Positions 38,001 through 47,932 of a stretch of DNA of 64,000 bases are shown in pieces. The stretch's first letter is position 1. Every line of letters starts with the position of its first letter. The translations under genes and the position numbers were made by a program. The stretch is taken from positions 4,804-68,803 of IMG/VR virus record IMGVR_UViG_3300025122_005608, one strand, 5' to 3'. The stretch is from a virus. Under the pieces are notes generated by a model. It made no database searches, was not told the origin of the DNA, and worked only from the letters and a program-made list of their open reading frames with translations.

Positions 38001-41000
38001 TCTGCTGACATTTCACTCTCTTTAGGCGAATTTGCCCTCGATGAAATGAGCACGGATGAGGTAACGCAGCTTTACGAGTCATTTTCGGAGGACATCAAAA
38101 CGAAAATCGATGTGCGTATAGAAGAAATAGATTTGGGTGTCGATATAGAATCTCCAGAATCTAGTTTTTTCTCGTCTTCTATAGGGGGTGTAGATTTTAG
38201 TTCGATAGATGTGCAAAAATACAAAAAACCAGAAGCTTCTCCATTTCAGAAAAGCATTATGGATAATAGTGAAATCGATTCCCAAAAATTAGGATTAGAG
38301 GAAAAATTTGCACAACCTTCTCATAAAATAAAAAATGCTATAGACTCTCTAGTGGAATATGAGGCCCTCCCTGCTTCTGATTTTTTAAATGGGGTAGAAT
38401 TAGTAATACCGGATTATAAGTTAAAATATAAAGATCTTATGAAACCACCGGCGCCAAACATGCCCGACATACCGGCACTTCCATCGGTACCCGATATGCC
38501 ATCTATAAGCGTATCAAAACTAAGTACTGAAATACCTTCTTTGAAGCTACCCTCTATCCCCAGCATCACAATTCCTGATGTGGGAAAAGATTTGATGAAA
38601 ATGGCAGATACTATGTCGGATGTGGCTGAAAACTTAAAAAATCAAATAGAAGAAGCAACCTGTACGGCTTTGGTGGGAGTTGTTAAGACAACTTTGGAAG
38701 GGGTTTTTGACTCCCTGTTTTCTAGTGCCGGTTCCGCCGTAGAGACGGCTAGCAATGCGGCATCTCAATACGGGTCTAGAAATTTAAATAGCATGTTGGA
38801 AAGTGCGTCCGGACCCTTCAGTGTGGAAGGAGAATGCGGCGCCAGTAAAGCCTTTGAAGAGTTGGGTATACCTGCATCAATATTTCTAGATCTAGACCCC
38901 GAGAATTTTCCGGGAGGAAACCCTGTAGCGGCTGGGACACTTAGAACTATGATCGATGATGTGTCTGATGCATTAACGCCGCTAGAAATAGTCGATCTTC
39001 TTGAAGGAACTGCGAAGCCCGAAACAATAAAAGCGGTGGAAGATGTTGTAAGAGATGGCTATCCAAATTACATGTCTCATTTGACCGATACAACAACCAT
39101 CGGAGACGCTTTTAATAATTTGGGGAGATTTATTGACCCCAACTTGATTGATTCAATAAAAAGAGCAGCTAGAGTTTTTCCCAATCCCGGTTCTGGGCTG
39201 TTGTGCGACGGCGACACTAGAAAAGAAGAGGACGAAGTAAGGGAAATGGGCCTTCGCCTGGGGAGTAAAGACCGCGCTAGAAATCAAATTAAAAGGAGAC
39301 GACGCCGACGACGCAAAAAATTGAAACAATTTATGGCTCTTTCTAAAAATGCCGATAGTGTTCTAAAAGATATTTTACCACCCACGATCAACGACTGCGG
39401 CGATAAAGTCAGCAGCCTTTCAGATACGGGTCACGGTGTTTTGAGCGGTATGGGAGGGCTTATACCCAGAGATCATGAATCAATTAAGTACATGAACAAG
39501 AAGGTTATTAAAAACATGTTTGAAATCCCGAATATGCATTTTAATATGGAAGTTAATACATATTTAGATTCTTTGATTAAAGAAACATTTAGACCACCGC
39601 GACCTAGCGACGATCAATATACAGGCTTTATATCTTCCTTAAAATCTCAAGGCTTAGAGCCAACACCAGAGAATATACAACTGGGTGTGAACAACGAGCT
39701 TGGCACCGCGAACGACGACTTTCTGGAACAAACAAAATTCAATGAAGCGCTCTCACAAAATCAAAAATTAGTTTTACAAGTTGCACCAGATGTTAAAAAT
39801 TCATTTTTAAATACTTCTAACTTTTTTAAAAATGAAGAAAGACAATTTGAAATGGTTATGGGATTTATAGAATATGTACTTCAAGAAGGCTTGAGTGGCG
39901 ATACTTGGTACCAATCCGCCAAAGAGGATTTAGAAAGTGTATCGTCCCAGCAAGATGCCCTCATCCAGGAAAAGAAAAAAATTGACGCCAACCTTGAGGA
40001 CAAAGAGTGGGTGCAGAACGAGATGGGGGGCCCCGCAGGGTACGCTGCTGCGACAGCAAAGCAGGCAGAGTTGGGGCAAGAAATTACAGGATTAAATCAG
40101 TCCGTCGAGGACGCGCAAAAAACCGTTCAGGAAAAAGCCTCTGCATGGAAAGGCAATAATCCCGGAGATATTTTTGCTGTAAACCGAACAGCCCACTTGG
40201 CATTTGCTAATCAAGGCGTGACAGTTAGTGAGGGCTATATACCCCACAACGATTGGTATTTTGAACTCGATCAACCATCTTCTTTTTCCGTATTGAATAC
40301 GTTTAATACGACAACTATAGAAGGGTCCGGTTCGGTTGTTCCTTTGTCTGAAGTGAATGATTATTCTTTTATTGAGCCGGGTGCTGCACCAGCACCTCCT
40401 TCAGCGTGGTCGTGGCAAGAAGAATCTTTTGCTAATTATATGATCAAAAGATGGGAAGAGGCTCCAATTGCATCTCCCACTTTTGATCCTTTGGTTTTTA
40501 GCAGCTTTTACAAAAATAGGCAAATGACTATTTTTAGTGATTTGGTGAAAAAATTTATGGCTATGGTCTCCCAATCTTCTCTTTTTAATTTACAAAAGTT
40601 GGAAGATGTGGAGTTGGCTACAGATGAGAACGACCCTCCCGCTAGCACGAGGCCATGTCCTGCTCCCAAACGCCCAGGTTTGTTAGATGTTAAAAGATAT
40701 CAAGATATAGTGAGTAATTTGTATGATGAAGCCTGTGGGGATATAAAGCAGCAGCCCACGAAACCCAATGCTTTAGAATCTTCAGGTCTTCAAGGAATAG
40801 TGTATGCTACTATTCGTTTATATGTCTTAGAGGCGATGTTAAAAACGATCTTTACCCTTTCTAAATTTAGTGCTTCTTCAACAAGAGGAGACAAATTAAT
40901 CACAGAGATCATTTTAGAAAACGTTATATTTGGGATGAGGAAACAAGAAGAGAATTATTATAAAGATGTGAGGAAACAGGCAAAGGTTATAACTGATAAA

Positions 41001-42707
41001 AGACAACAAACGGGCGAAAAACTTTTTAACCCTTTAAGTACAAAAGCCGAACAAGTGGAAGAGGATGAGACGTTGGGAGATCCAAATGATCCACGTACTT
41101 TATCGGGGATGTCTTCGTTGAGGTTTTTAATAAAAGAGCAAATTGCATTACTTTCTACGGAGATGGACACGCGGTTAAATCCCGGTGTAAAAAATCTAGA
41201 TGACTTTTTCTTAGGAGTGAACAAGCAACCTTTTTTAGTCCCCACAGTGGATGTTGTGCGCGATTGGCAAGAGCCGAGAATAGCCGCCACCCAAGGTTCA
41301 AACTTTGACTTTTTAAGTGGAGATACTGGTGGATTTATTTTAGAAAAATATATACGACTTGAAGACGATCCGAATGTAGACCCCTTTGATGCCGGCGATG
41401 CAGCGGGACTTACAGCTGAAGAAAAAGAATTTGTGCAAACTTGGCGGGACCGCCCGGGCGGCCTAGAAAATCTTTTTGATAAAGTGTGGGGCCCTGGTGT
41501 GGGTGACACTTTTTTATCTTTAGAGGCCCACAAACAAGGTCACTTGTCTGGCGTAGTGAATGTGCATGCTTTGAAGGAATATTTAGAAACACTTCCCAAT
41601 AATCTATTGGGACTGGGCTACACGAAAAATCCTAATGTTAATTTAAAGAAAATTATTAAGAATCTTAAATTTGGTGTAAGACTTTGCTATATTCCGCCGA
41701 CAAAAACAGCAGCAGACGGACCACTTGAGAATGATGATTCCTTTTTGCATCTCGTTGAAGCAGCCGCCGCCGATAGTGCTGCGCGTGAGGCTATGACCCA
41801 GAATGCAATAATTGAAAAAACATACTCGCTAGAAGAAAATTGGGGACTTGGGGATATGGACACAGACCCATGGCACGCCATGCACATAAGAGGTCAAAAA
41901 ACTTATCCTCTGCCTATTGTAACGGTTGAAGATAGTCTAGGTTTGGATTCTTTAGAAACTTTAACTATTGATGATTTAATTCAAATCTTAGATGATAGTG
42001 AAACTGCGTTTGAGGGTCTCAAAAAGCAGATGATTCAAACTTCTAAATATCAATTTCTTTTTAATTACATTTTTTCGCTTCCTCGAATGTTGTCTTTGGT
42101 ATCGGCTTACAATATCCTTTCAATTTCTCGTACTATACCAGGGGCGCAAGATATATTCCCCACGACCAAAGATTCGTTTAAGTCCATGTTTTATACTCTC
42201 ACCCCGGAAGCCCCCTGGTATTCGAAACAGGACAAGAAACATGAAGCACTTGGCGGCAATGTCGGTATGATGCAAAAAGATAATAATAGCATGACCATGA
42301 CAGGGCCCTCATCGCTGCCCTCGTCGGCCAAAATTTGTACTAGGGCTGCCTTGATATTGGTTAAGGCAGCCGCACGCCAGATGGACCCACATTATTCGAT
42401 GGTCTCGAAACTTGATGATGTCGGCGCCGCACCCTTTGGGATGACGTGGGCATCCGTCCCAGTGTTTTGGCCTGTTAACTTTTCTATCCCTCCCGTTATC
42501 TATGGGTGGGGGCCCCCATTATTGCCGTTAGGGATGATTGCCTATAGTGCCGGCCTCTTGCCAGGAGAGAAGAAGAGGAAAAAACAGAGAGCAGCCAAAA
42601 AAGCTTTAGCAAGTGGCGAAAAATGTGTAGAGGGGTCTGGTGAAATAATTTTTGATAAACCTATTGAAGATGAGCCCGCAGACTTGGAGTTGGAAGATTT
42701 TGACTAG
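35076..42707 (+). CDS. Giant (2543 aa) putative virion protein
   Basis: Lies between spike and gp25; SH3-like segment ~36400-36650, PxxP run ~38445-38580, poly-Arg at 39291-39320, hydrophobic C-terminal region. Confidence 0.7.
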   Translation: MAAGYIIGNNGTWYLASEEEYWANSAAFVSSLDTNKGTAQAVDKKSGLFKITGFGTGIPVSEWDDGAKTAATNPVTTAARNAIINGFMGLFGNEDFYLGLLEKGYVYQHAWDVDMVSKVGALSGFAPPDIWYNKIRDLIEGWETEQAVLYPKLFPMVIGRPDAYEKGSWKADMKDPALYPPPNYGTNAIPYIETANIKGPQGNDNLPFWVDGALEWFSKYDETLATELGFASSQKTGTGGVYKTAPTQYVYKAQYFVRLFHKEQEGDNISVNYPIIDALQSVGLIFHSPDVATQKLLNDIKKQEEKEEGVGGVEAKNPNEPDTDDIYSLLVKLKGTDLSKNAEIKKLLPNSLAGSKYANALINLLGDDGEYDVDTDIIVGAVDNQEMMGIGVGGIGVGEGAGSVAGKNWSSFFNENMPGAEGGLPPSQLPNPDSIQALYPNATHYVLIKETTGNPPQAKTVTDVYNLPIAKSKAGKLATGDVVIVKKEFVGKDGKWHQVKVLKSDSSLANSKKSPFINSSFLQKLPATPYSLNRSYKCKADPKFDTPDWAKLADKEVFFDKRKCNQCIVVEPVNPKTGKRYTTIVGNELEEAKQSALSIGIVELLKFYNKRMIIDPSDGVNKTLEKISGAFQGPYVGTNDWYLDKRPSSKLKILVKFPSKYFDALPETPEDFRGVAHTSTATLALESSDEEIAFVKDIPSLRTVHFVLPTLKGKIDILSNLMEFYAKKMDGWLGKIPGLDLRKEKARLEDFPLVLFQFLRLNGITVDEKEEDTIELGFDDTFELQYVLINKTGFAAPLRIGFNRFKSRAPINITRTMAYIFYLDDLIREARKKTKIGWIEFVQKYTFPVPEIRPANVASAIDSICRGTTPTKEEFAEKISKTYDQVEVQTTRGMKEVQKKLDSPTMKTELINIRRSAKSFVGDEFTRQIPDLLKRIDDIPTNLEGINELYSSVLNKTDIKNLASLAASTEISKMPSADISLSLGEFALDEMSTDEVTQLYESFSEDIKTKIDVRIEEIDLGVDIESPESSFFSSSIGGVDFSSIDVQKYKKPEASPFQKSIMDNSEIDSQKLGLEEKFAQPSHKIKNAIDSLVEYEALPASDFLNGVELVIPDYKLKYKDLMKPPAPNMPDIPALPSVPDMPSISVSKLSTEIPSLKLPSIPSITIPDVGKDLMKMADTMSDVAENLKNQIEEATCTALVGVVKTTLEGVFDSLFSSAGSAVETASNAASQYGSRNLNSMLESASGPFSVEGECGASKAFEELGIPASIFLDLDPENFPGGNPVAAGTLRTMIDDVSDALTPLEIVDLLEGTAKPETIKAVEDVVRDGYPNYMSHLTDTTTIGDAFNNLGRFIDPNLIDSIKRAARVFPNPGSGLLCDGDTRKEEDEVREMGLRLGSKDRARNQIKRRRRRRRKKLKQFMALSKNADSVLKDILPPTINDCGDKVSSLSDTGHGVLSGMGGLIPRDHESIKYMNKKVIKNMFEIPNMHFNMEVNTYLDSLIKETFRPPRPSDDQYTGFISSLKSQGLEPTPENIQLGVNNELGTANDDFLEQTKFNEALSQNQKLVLQVAPDVKNSFLNTSNFFKNEERQFEMVMGFIEYVLQEGLSGDTWYQSAKEDLESVSSQQDALIQEKKKIDANLEDKEWVQNEMGGPAGYAAATAKQAELGQEITGLNQSVEDAQKTVQEKASAWKGNNPGDIFAVNRTAHLAFANQGVTVSEGYIPHNDWYFELDQPSSFSVLNTFNTTTIEGSGSVVPLSEVNDYSFIEPGAAPAPPSAWSWQEESFANYMIKRWEEAPIASPTFDPLVFSSFYKNRQMTIFSDLVKKFMAMVSQSSLFNLQKLEDVELATDENDPPASTRPCPAPKRPGLLDVKRYQDIVSNLYDEACGDIKQQPTKPNALESSGLQGIVYATIRLYVLEAMLKTIFTLSKFSASSTRGDKLITEIILENVIFGMRKQEENYYKDVRKQAKVITDKRQQTGEKLFNPLSTKAEQVEEDETLGDPNDPRTLSGMSSLRFLIKEQIALLSTEMDTRLNPGVKNLDDFFLGVNKQPFLVPTVDVVRDWQEPRIAATQGSNFDFLSGDTGGFILEKYIRLEDDPNVDPFDAGDAAGLTAEEKEFVQTWRDRPGGLENLFDKVWGPGVGDTFLSLEAHKQGHLSGVVNVHALKEYLETLPNNLLGLGYTKNPNVNLKKIIKNLKFGVRLCYIPPTKTAADGPLENDDSFLHLVEAAAADSAAREAMTQNAIIEKTYSLEENWGLGDMDTDPWHAMHIRGQKTYPLPIVTVEDSLGLDSLETLTIDDLIQILDDSETAFEGLKKQMIQTSKYQFLFNYIFSLPRMLSLVSAYNILSISRTIPGAQDIFPTTKDSFKSMFYTLTPEAPWYSKQDKKHEALGGNVGMMQKDNNSMTMTGPSSLPSSAKICTRAALILVKAAARQMDPHYSMVSKLDDVGAAPFGMTWASVPVFWPVNFSIPPVIYGWGPPLLPLGMIAYSAGLLPGEKKRKKQRAAKKALASGEKCVEGSGEIIFDKPIEDEPADLELEDFD

Positions 42708-42726
42708 AGATTATTCCCCAAACAAT

Positions 42727-42733
42727 CTATTTA
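42727..42733 (+). promoter_or_regulatory. Putative late promoter CTATTTA
   Basis: CTATTTAGTTAAAGAGG in the intergenic gap before gp25. Confidence 0.6.
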
Positions 42734-42753
42734 GTTAAAGAGGAAAATACCTT

Positions 42754-43158
42754 ATGTCTGGCCTGACTCCTAAATTGCCTATTGCTTTAGATCCAATTAA
42801 TGGGTTTTTGTTAATTCAAACCTATCGCGATCTAGCAGTTCAGAATTTAAAAAATGTATTGTTAACTTCTCCTGGCGAGAGAGTAATGGATCCTGAATTC
42901 GGTGTGGGCCTACGGAGATACTTATTTCAACCAAATCATGATACAACTTATCTAGATATTGAGTCGCGGATACAAAATCAAGTTACTAAGTACTTGCCAT
43001 TTATAACCATTTTAGGGATTACATTTTCTAGCCCCACCGCTCCTGATGATAGTATGAAGACAAAACCTTCATCTGTGTTAGATGGAAATTTTTTGGGAAT
43101 TGAATTGGCATTTAAAATAATTCCTATTGGCGTAAAGGAAACTTTGAATTTGCCGTAA
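42754..43158 (+). CDS. Baseplate wedge protein, gp25/GPW family
   Basis: QNLKNVLLTSPGERVMDPEFGVGLRRYLF. Confidence 0.92.
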   Translation: MSGLTPKLPIALDPINGFLLIQTYRDLAVQNLKNVLLTSPGERVMDPEFGVGLRRYLFQPNHDTTYLDIESRIQNQVTKYLPFITILGITFSSPTAPDDSMKTKPSSVLDGNFLGIELAFKIIPIGVKETLNLP

Positions 43159-43163
43159 ACTCT

Positions 43164-43170
43164 CTATTTA
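43164..43170 (+). promoter_or_regulatory. Putative late promoter CTATTTA
   Basis: CTATTTAGTTTAAGGG in the intergenic gap before the gp6-like gene. Confidence 0.6.
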
Positions 43171-43188
43171 GTTTAAGGGAAAAAAAAT

Positions 43189-45000
43189 ATGGGATGTAAG
43201 AAAACACGAGATACAAAATTAGTACCTATTAACTATACTAGTAGAGAATTTGGTACGATAAAAAATGAATTAGTTAATTACGCAAAGCGATATTATCCTG
43301 ATACTTTTAAAGATTTCAATGAAGCCGGCTTCGGGGCTTTGTTTTTAGATACCATGGCATATATCGGGGATATTTTGTCATTTTATTTGGATTTTCAAGC
43401 TAATGAGTCTTTTTTAGATACAGCGTTAGAATATGATAATATTATCAAACTCGGACGTCAGATGGGGTACAAGTTCAGAGGGAACCCCAGTTCATGTGGT
43501 TTTGCAACATTTTATGTTTTAGTACCAGCCTCTACTAATGGATTAGGTCCTGATAGAAGGTACTTGCCAATATTAAAGCGCGGAAGCGAATTTAAGAGTA
43601 AAGGAGGAGTGGGGTTTCTATTAAACCAAGATGTAAACTTTAAACACTCTGATAATGAGGTGATTGTTGCTCAAGTAGACGACACCACCGGAACGCCGAT
43701 CACATATGCCGTTAAAGCTATTGGAGAGGTCGTCTCCGGTGAACTAGGAGAAGACGTCATAGCTGTTCCTTCTTTCAAAAAGTTTTTAAGAGTTTCCTTG
43801 TCCTCTGCCCATATTGTAGAGGTGTTGACGGTTAGAGATACAGAAGGTCATCGCTACTATGAGGTAGATCACTTATCTCAAAATGTAGTATACAGGTCGG
43901 TAGTTAATAAAAATTCAGCTACAGATAATGTAAGGACTTTATTGCGACCTTTTGTTGTCCCTCGGAGATTTGTCGTTGAACAAGATAGAAGAAGAAGAAC
44001 TTTTCTACAGTTTGGGTATGGGTCAGAAACACAACTAACAACAGACGCTGTAGCTGACCCTAGAACTGTGGTGTTGAAAGAAAACGGAAAAGATTATAAT
44101 ATTGATCCCTCCTTTGACCCGTCCAAACTTGTTGAAAGTGATAAGTTTGGAATTGCCCCGGCGAATACTAAGTTGACTATACGTTACCGCACCAATACTA
44201 AAGATAATGTAAATGTGGCGGCTAGTAAGTTAACAAAAGTCTCAAGACCGCTGTTTAGATTTGATAACTTGTCATCTTTGAATAATGCTAACGTACAATT
44301 TGTTGTTAATTCTCTTGAAGTAAATAATGATGATCCTATTATTGGGGATGTAACTTTCCAGTCAACGGAGGAGTTGAAGAGAAGAATTTACGATCATTAT
44401 GCTTCTCAAAACCGTGCAGTCACCAAGCAGGATTACGTCTCTACTGTTTACTCAATGCCTCCCCAAAATGGGGCCATTAAACGCGCCGCTATTGTAAGAG
44501 ACGACGACTCTTTTAAGAGAAACTTAAATCTGTATCTGATTTCAGAGAATGCAGATGGGACTTTAACCGAGCCGACTGCCACTCTTAAAAAGAATGTTAA
44601 GATCTGGCTAAATAAAAATCGCATGATTAACGATACAGTAGACATACTAAATGCTAGAATTTTAAACATATCTATAGATTTTGTTATTATAGCAGATTTA
44701 GAATTTAGCAGATTTGATACTTTGGCGTCTGCTGTGACCGAGTTACGTAGAAAAATAAAAATTCCTGATATTGGAGGAGCATTTTATATATCCGACATTT
44801 ATAAAATTTTGAATGATGTGGATGGCGTATTAGACGTTCATAGTGTGCGCGTCCGACAAAAGACAGGTGCTAGTTATGCCGATTTGGACTTTGATGTGCT
44901 GGCTCATATGTCCCCCGATGGAAGATATTTTACAGTACCGGAAGACGTTATTGCGGAAGTAAAGTACCCTTTGCAAGACATTAAAGGAGTAATCAAGTAA
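43189..45000 (+). CDS. Baseplate wedge protein (T4 gp6/baseplate J-like)
   Basis: YTSREF..IK..L, AYIGDILSFYLD.QANESFLDTA, QFGYG, QNRAVT.QDY, VDGVLDV. Confidence 0.9.
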   Translation: MGCKKTRDTKLVPINYTSREFGTIKNELVNYAKRYYPDTFKDFNEAGFGALFLDTMAYIGDILSFYLDFQANESFLDTALEYDNIIKLGRQMGYKFRGNPSSCGFATFYVLVPASTNGLGPDRRYLPILKRGSEFKSKGGVGFLLNQDVNFKHSDNEVIVAQVDDTTGTPITYAVKAIGEVVSGELGEDVIAVPSFKKFLRVSLSSAHIVEVLTVRDTEGHRYYEVDHLSQNVVYRSVVNKNSATDNVRTLLRPFVVPRRFVVEQDRRRRTFLQFGYGSETQLTTDAVADPRTVVLKENGKDYNIDPSFDPSKLVESDKFGIAPANTKLTIRYRTNTKDNVNVAASKLTKVSRPLFRFDNLSSLNNANVQFVVNSLEVNNDDPIIGDVTFQSTEELKRRIYDHYASQNRAVTKQDYVSTVYSMPPQNGAIKRAAIVRDDDSFKRNLNLYLISENADGTLTEPTATLKKNVKIWLNKNRMINDTVDILNARILNISIDFVIIADLEFSRFDTLASAVTELRRKIKIPDIGGAFYISDIYKILNDVDGVLDVHSVRVRQKTGASYADLDFDVLAHMSPDGRYFTVPEDVIAEVKYPLQDIKGVIK

Positions 45001-47930
45001 TGCCCATTAAGAAATATACGGCAGATGCGGACACAACTATAACGAATGCTTATAAGCCTCCGGCCCTACAAACGAGGGCTACTGGGTCTAATATGGGTGC
45101 ATCGGATGCGGTTCAAATATTTTCTCTTTATGGTCAAGTAAGTTCTTCGGCTGGTACTTTTACGTCTGTAGAAAAGTCTAGAGTGCTTGTAAAATTTCCA
45201 ATTGCTAATATTTTGTCGGATAGAAATAGTAATAAAATTCCAACTAGCGGAAGTGTATCATTCTATCTTAATTTATTTAACGCTCGCACTCCTTTTACAT
45301 TACCCAAAGATTATACTTTGAGAGTACAACCGGTTATGCGGTCATGGGAGGAGGGCGCAGGGCTAGATATGGACACGTATATTGATACCGGCTATGCAAA
45401 CTGGATTGTTGCGGCAAGTTCTAGCACCGGGGTAGTGACCAATTGGACCAAAGAAGGTGGCGATTTCGAATATAATTCGGCATTTGGGGAATATTTTTCT
45501 GTTGGCAACGAGGACATGTCTATAGATATTACTTCTTTGGTTGAAGAGTGGTTGGGTGCTTACAATAGTTGGGCCCCATCTGTTTCCGCGCCAACCAAAT
45601 TAACTGCTAGTGGTGATCAGGTGGTGACATACCCTTACGCATATTTTGGATATTCATCAAATATTGCCACTTCGCGCTATGGGGCATCTTCTGGTTATAC
45701 AGCTTCTTTTAGTGCTCCTTTAGACGCTCGCAGGCCCCCCTTCGAGTTCCCTGAAGCCCTCTCCGGCTCGGTACGTGTTTGGGAAGGGTTGGACAACAAT
45801 ATAGCAGGAGGGGAGTGGGTGGAGACTGTGCTGACGGCGAGCAATGGGCGTGCTAATGACTATTTCGGGCTCTCTACTTCTATGACTAGAGCCGGCTCTA
45901 CAATACTTGTTGGAGCCCCATACCACCCATGGGTGTCCCCGAGCGCAGGAAGTGGTACCGCTTATCTGTTTCAGCCTTCGGGCTTCGGATCCTGGGCTGC
46001 TCCCAACGACAGTCCAATTTCCGAGACTACAAATTTAGACGCCACCGATGCCGTTGCCGGGGACGGCTTTGGGTACAGCGTTGCCATTTCAGATGATGCC
46101 CGCGTAGCAGTTGTAGGCGCCCCCTTTGCAGACGTAACATATACTGATGAAGGTTCAGCTTACGTGTTTCTTGCAGATGGCAACGGCCTCTGGACACAGA
46201 CGTATTATCATACCCAATCTCTAAAATTAAAGCTGAGTAGTGCAGATAGTGAGTATAGATTTGGAAACACATGTGGCATTAATGGAGATGGTTCGGTAAT
46301 TGTGGTTGGCGCTCCGCACGCCACAGCCAGCAGTAACGACCGACAGGGAGCTTTATATATTTATGAAAGGCCAACCAGAGGCTGGGCTAGCGGAAGCCAG
46401 CTGGAGAGTGCTGTTTTAACAACTAATACTTATTCTAGCGCTAGTCTTAAGTTGGGCTTCTGGCCATCGTCACTTGACATATCCGGAGATGGCAATACAA
46501 TCGTCGTGGGCGCCCACTCGGCAAATAATAGTACCGGTAGTGCTTATGTTTTTGAAAAGCCAAGTACGGGATGGGCAGATATGACCGAGACTTCTGTTTT
46601 AGAGCCCTATAATACTCCTGGCGCGCCAATTGAATTTGGGAAGAGCGTTGCTATTTCAGAGGATGCCTCCACTATTGCTGTGGGCGCTCACGTCTCAGGC
46701 TCTGCAGACGCTTTGAGGGACGGCTTGTCGGGCTCGGTATATTTATTTGAAAAAACTTCTGTGGGGTATGTGCCACCTCTTTCATATTCAACTCAAAAAG
46801 TTACTAACACCGGCATTACCACAGGTAATCGATCTTTTGGGGGATCCGTCGCGCTAAATGACAGCGGCTCTGCTCTTGCTGTTGGAGAATATGGACTTCC
46901 CGATGCTGTCTCCCCCCCTGGTCTGAGCGGAAGTGGTTATGTTTTTAAGAGACCGTCTACAGGCACGAGACCCAATTATGGTGTGGGTGTGTTTTTAAAG
47001 CGCGATCAAGAAGACGGCAGCCAACAGAAATCATATTATATCAAAAAATTCTTTGCTAAGGGAACTGAGTACTTTTTTAAAAAACCGTCCATCGAAGCCA
47101 GGTGGAATGACTCTATTAAAGATGATCGAGGAGATTTTTATCTGAGTAGTGCGCTGGCACCCGCTGCTGACAATCTGAATACTTTGTATTTGTATAACTA
47201 TATTAGAGGAAGGCTTAGAAATATCCCCGTGGTTGGTACCGGCAGCATTTTAATGAGCTTGTATTCAGGAACTACTGCCCCCACTAGTGGTAAGTTAGAG
47301 TTGCCGGCGGGGGGAGGACTTGTTACCACAGGGCATCATAATGTAACTGGAGGGTGGGTTGAGACCGGCATATATTCGGCCTCCGTTGCCACCACCTCTT
47401 CGGTTTCACAGGCCCCCACTTTATTTAATAGGTTCGCTAGGAGTTCTGATACGGTAGTTGAATATTTATACGATGTTTGGCATAGTGCTAGCACAGAATA
47501 TTTTACGGGTTCGGGAATTTCGCCCCAAAATATTGCGGCTTCAAACATACAACCTGGAGAAGATTGGGTAACTACGATAACCAATCTTAAAGCATCTTAT
47601 AAAACAATAGAGAAGCCTCGACTTAGAATATTCACCCGTCCACAAAATTGGCGCCCCTCTATTTATACCGTGTCCACAACAGCGATATCGCCTACAATTC
47701 TCAGAGATTCTTATTATAAGATCTTTAGGATATATGATAACATGGATGCGGTACCTTATGGCACCGGTAGTATTAAATATACTCAATTATCATATGATGT
47801 GAGCGGCAGTTATTTTGACTTTAATATGGACCTTTTGGAACCGGGGTATGCTTACGGGGTTAAAATAATGTCTATTGATGATGGGGTAGAGTTTGAACAT
47901 CCAGAGACTTTCAAATTTAGGGTGGAATAA
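45000..47930 (+). CDS. Virion protein with an inserted 7-bladed FG-GAP beta-propeller
   Basis: DTTI...SRVLVKF...SWEEG...DITSLVEEW/NYGV scaffold interrupted by seven FG.S.AIS..G..I.VGA...GSAYVF-type repeats. Confidence 0.8.
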   Translation: MPIKKYTADADTTITNAYKPPALQTRATGSNMGASDAVQIFSLYGQVSSSAGTFTSVEKSRVLVKFPIANILSDRNSNKIPTSGSVSFYLNLFNARTPFTLPKDYTLRVQPVMRSWEEGAGLDMDTYIDTGYANWIVAASSSTGVVTNWTKEGGDFEYNSAFGEYFSVGNEDMSIDITSLVEEWLGAYNSWAPSVSAPTKLTASGDQVVTYPYAYFGYSSNIATSRYGASSGYTASFSAPLDARRPPFEFPEALSGSVRVWEGLDNNIAGGEWVETVLTASNGRANDYFGLSTSMTRAGSTILVGAPYHPWVSPSAGSGTAYLFQPSGFGSWAAPNDSPISETTNLDATDAVAGDGFGYSVAISDDARVAVVGAPFADVTYTDEGSAYVFLADGNGLWTQTYYHTQSLKLKLSSADSEYRFGNTCGINGDGSVIVVGAPHATASSNDRQGALYIYERPTRGWASGSQLESAVLTTNTYSSASLKLGFWPSSLDISGDGNTIVVGAHSANNSTGSAYVFEKPSTGWADMTETSVLEPYNTPGAPIEFGKSVAISEDASTIAVGAHVSGSADALRDGLSGSVYLFEKTSVGYVPPLSYSTQKVTNTGITTGNRSFGGSVALNDSGSALAVGEYGLPDAVSPPGLSGSGYVFKRPSTGTRPNYGVGVFLKRDQEDGSQQKSYYIKKFFAKGTEYFFKKPSIEARWNDSIKDDRGDFYLSSALAPAADNLNTLYLYNYIRGRLRNIPVVGTGSILMSLYSGTTAPTSGKLELPAGGGLVTTGHHNVTGGWVETGIYSASVATTSSVSQAPTLFNRFARSSDTVVEYLYDVWHSASTEYFTGSGISPQNIAASNIQPGEDWVTTITNLKASYKTIEKPRLRIFTRPQNWRPSIYTVSTTAISPTILRDSYYKIFRIYDNMDAVPYGTGSIKYTQLSYDVSGSYFDFNMDLLEPGYAYGVKIMSIDDGVEFEHPETFKFRVE

Positions 47931-47932
47931 TT

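Noticed and set aside
5179-45000. Bacterial O-antigen locus next to an eCIS/T6SS or tailocin
   Set aside because: No export or polymerase genes and no housekeeping genes; gp55-like sigma, tRNA, PhoH and giant virion genes fit a phage better, although capsid and terminase lie outside the window
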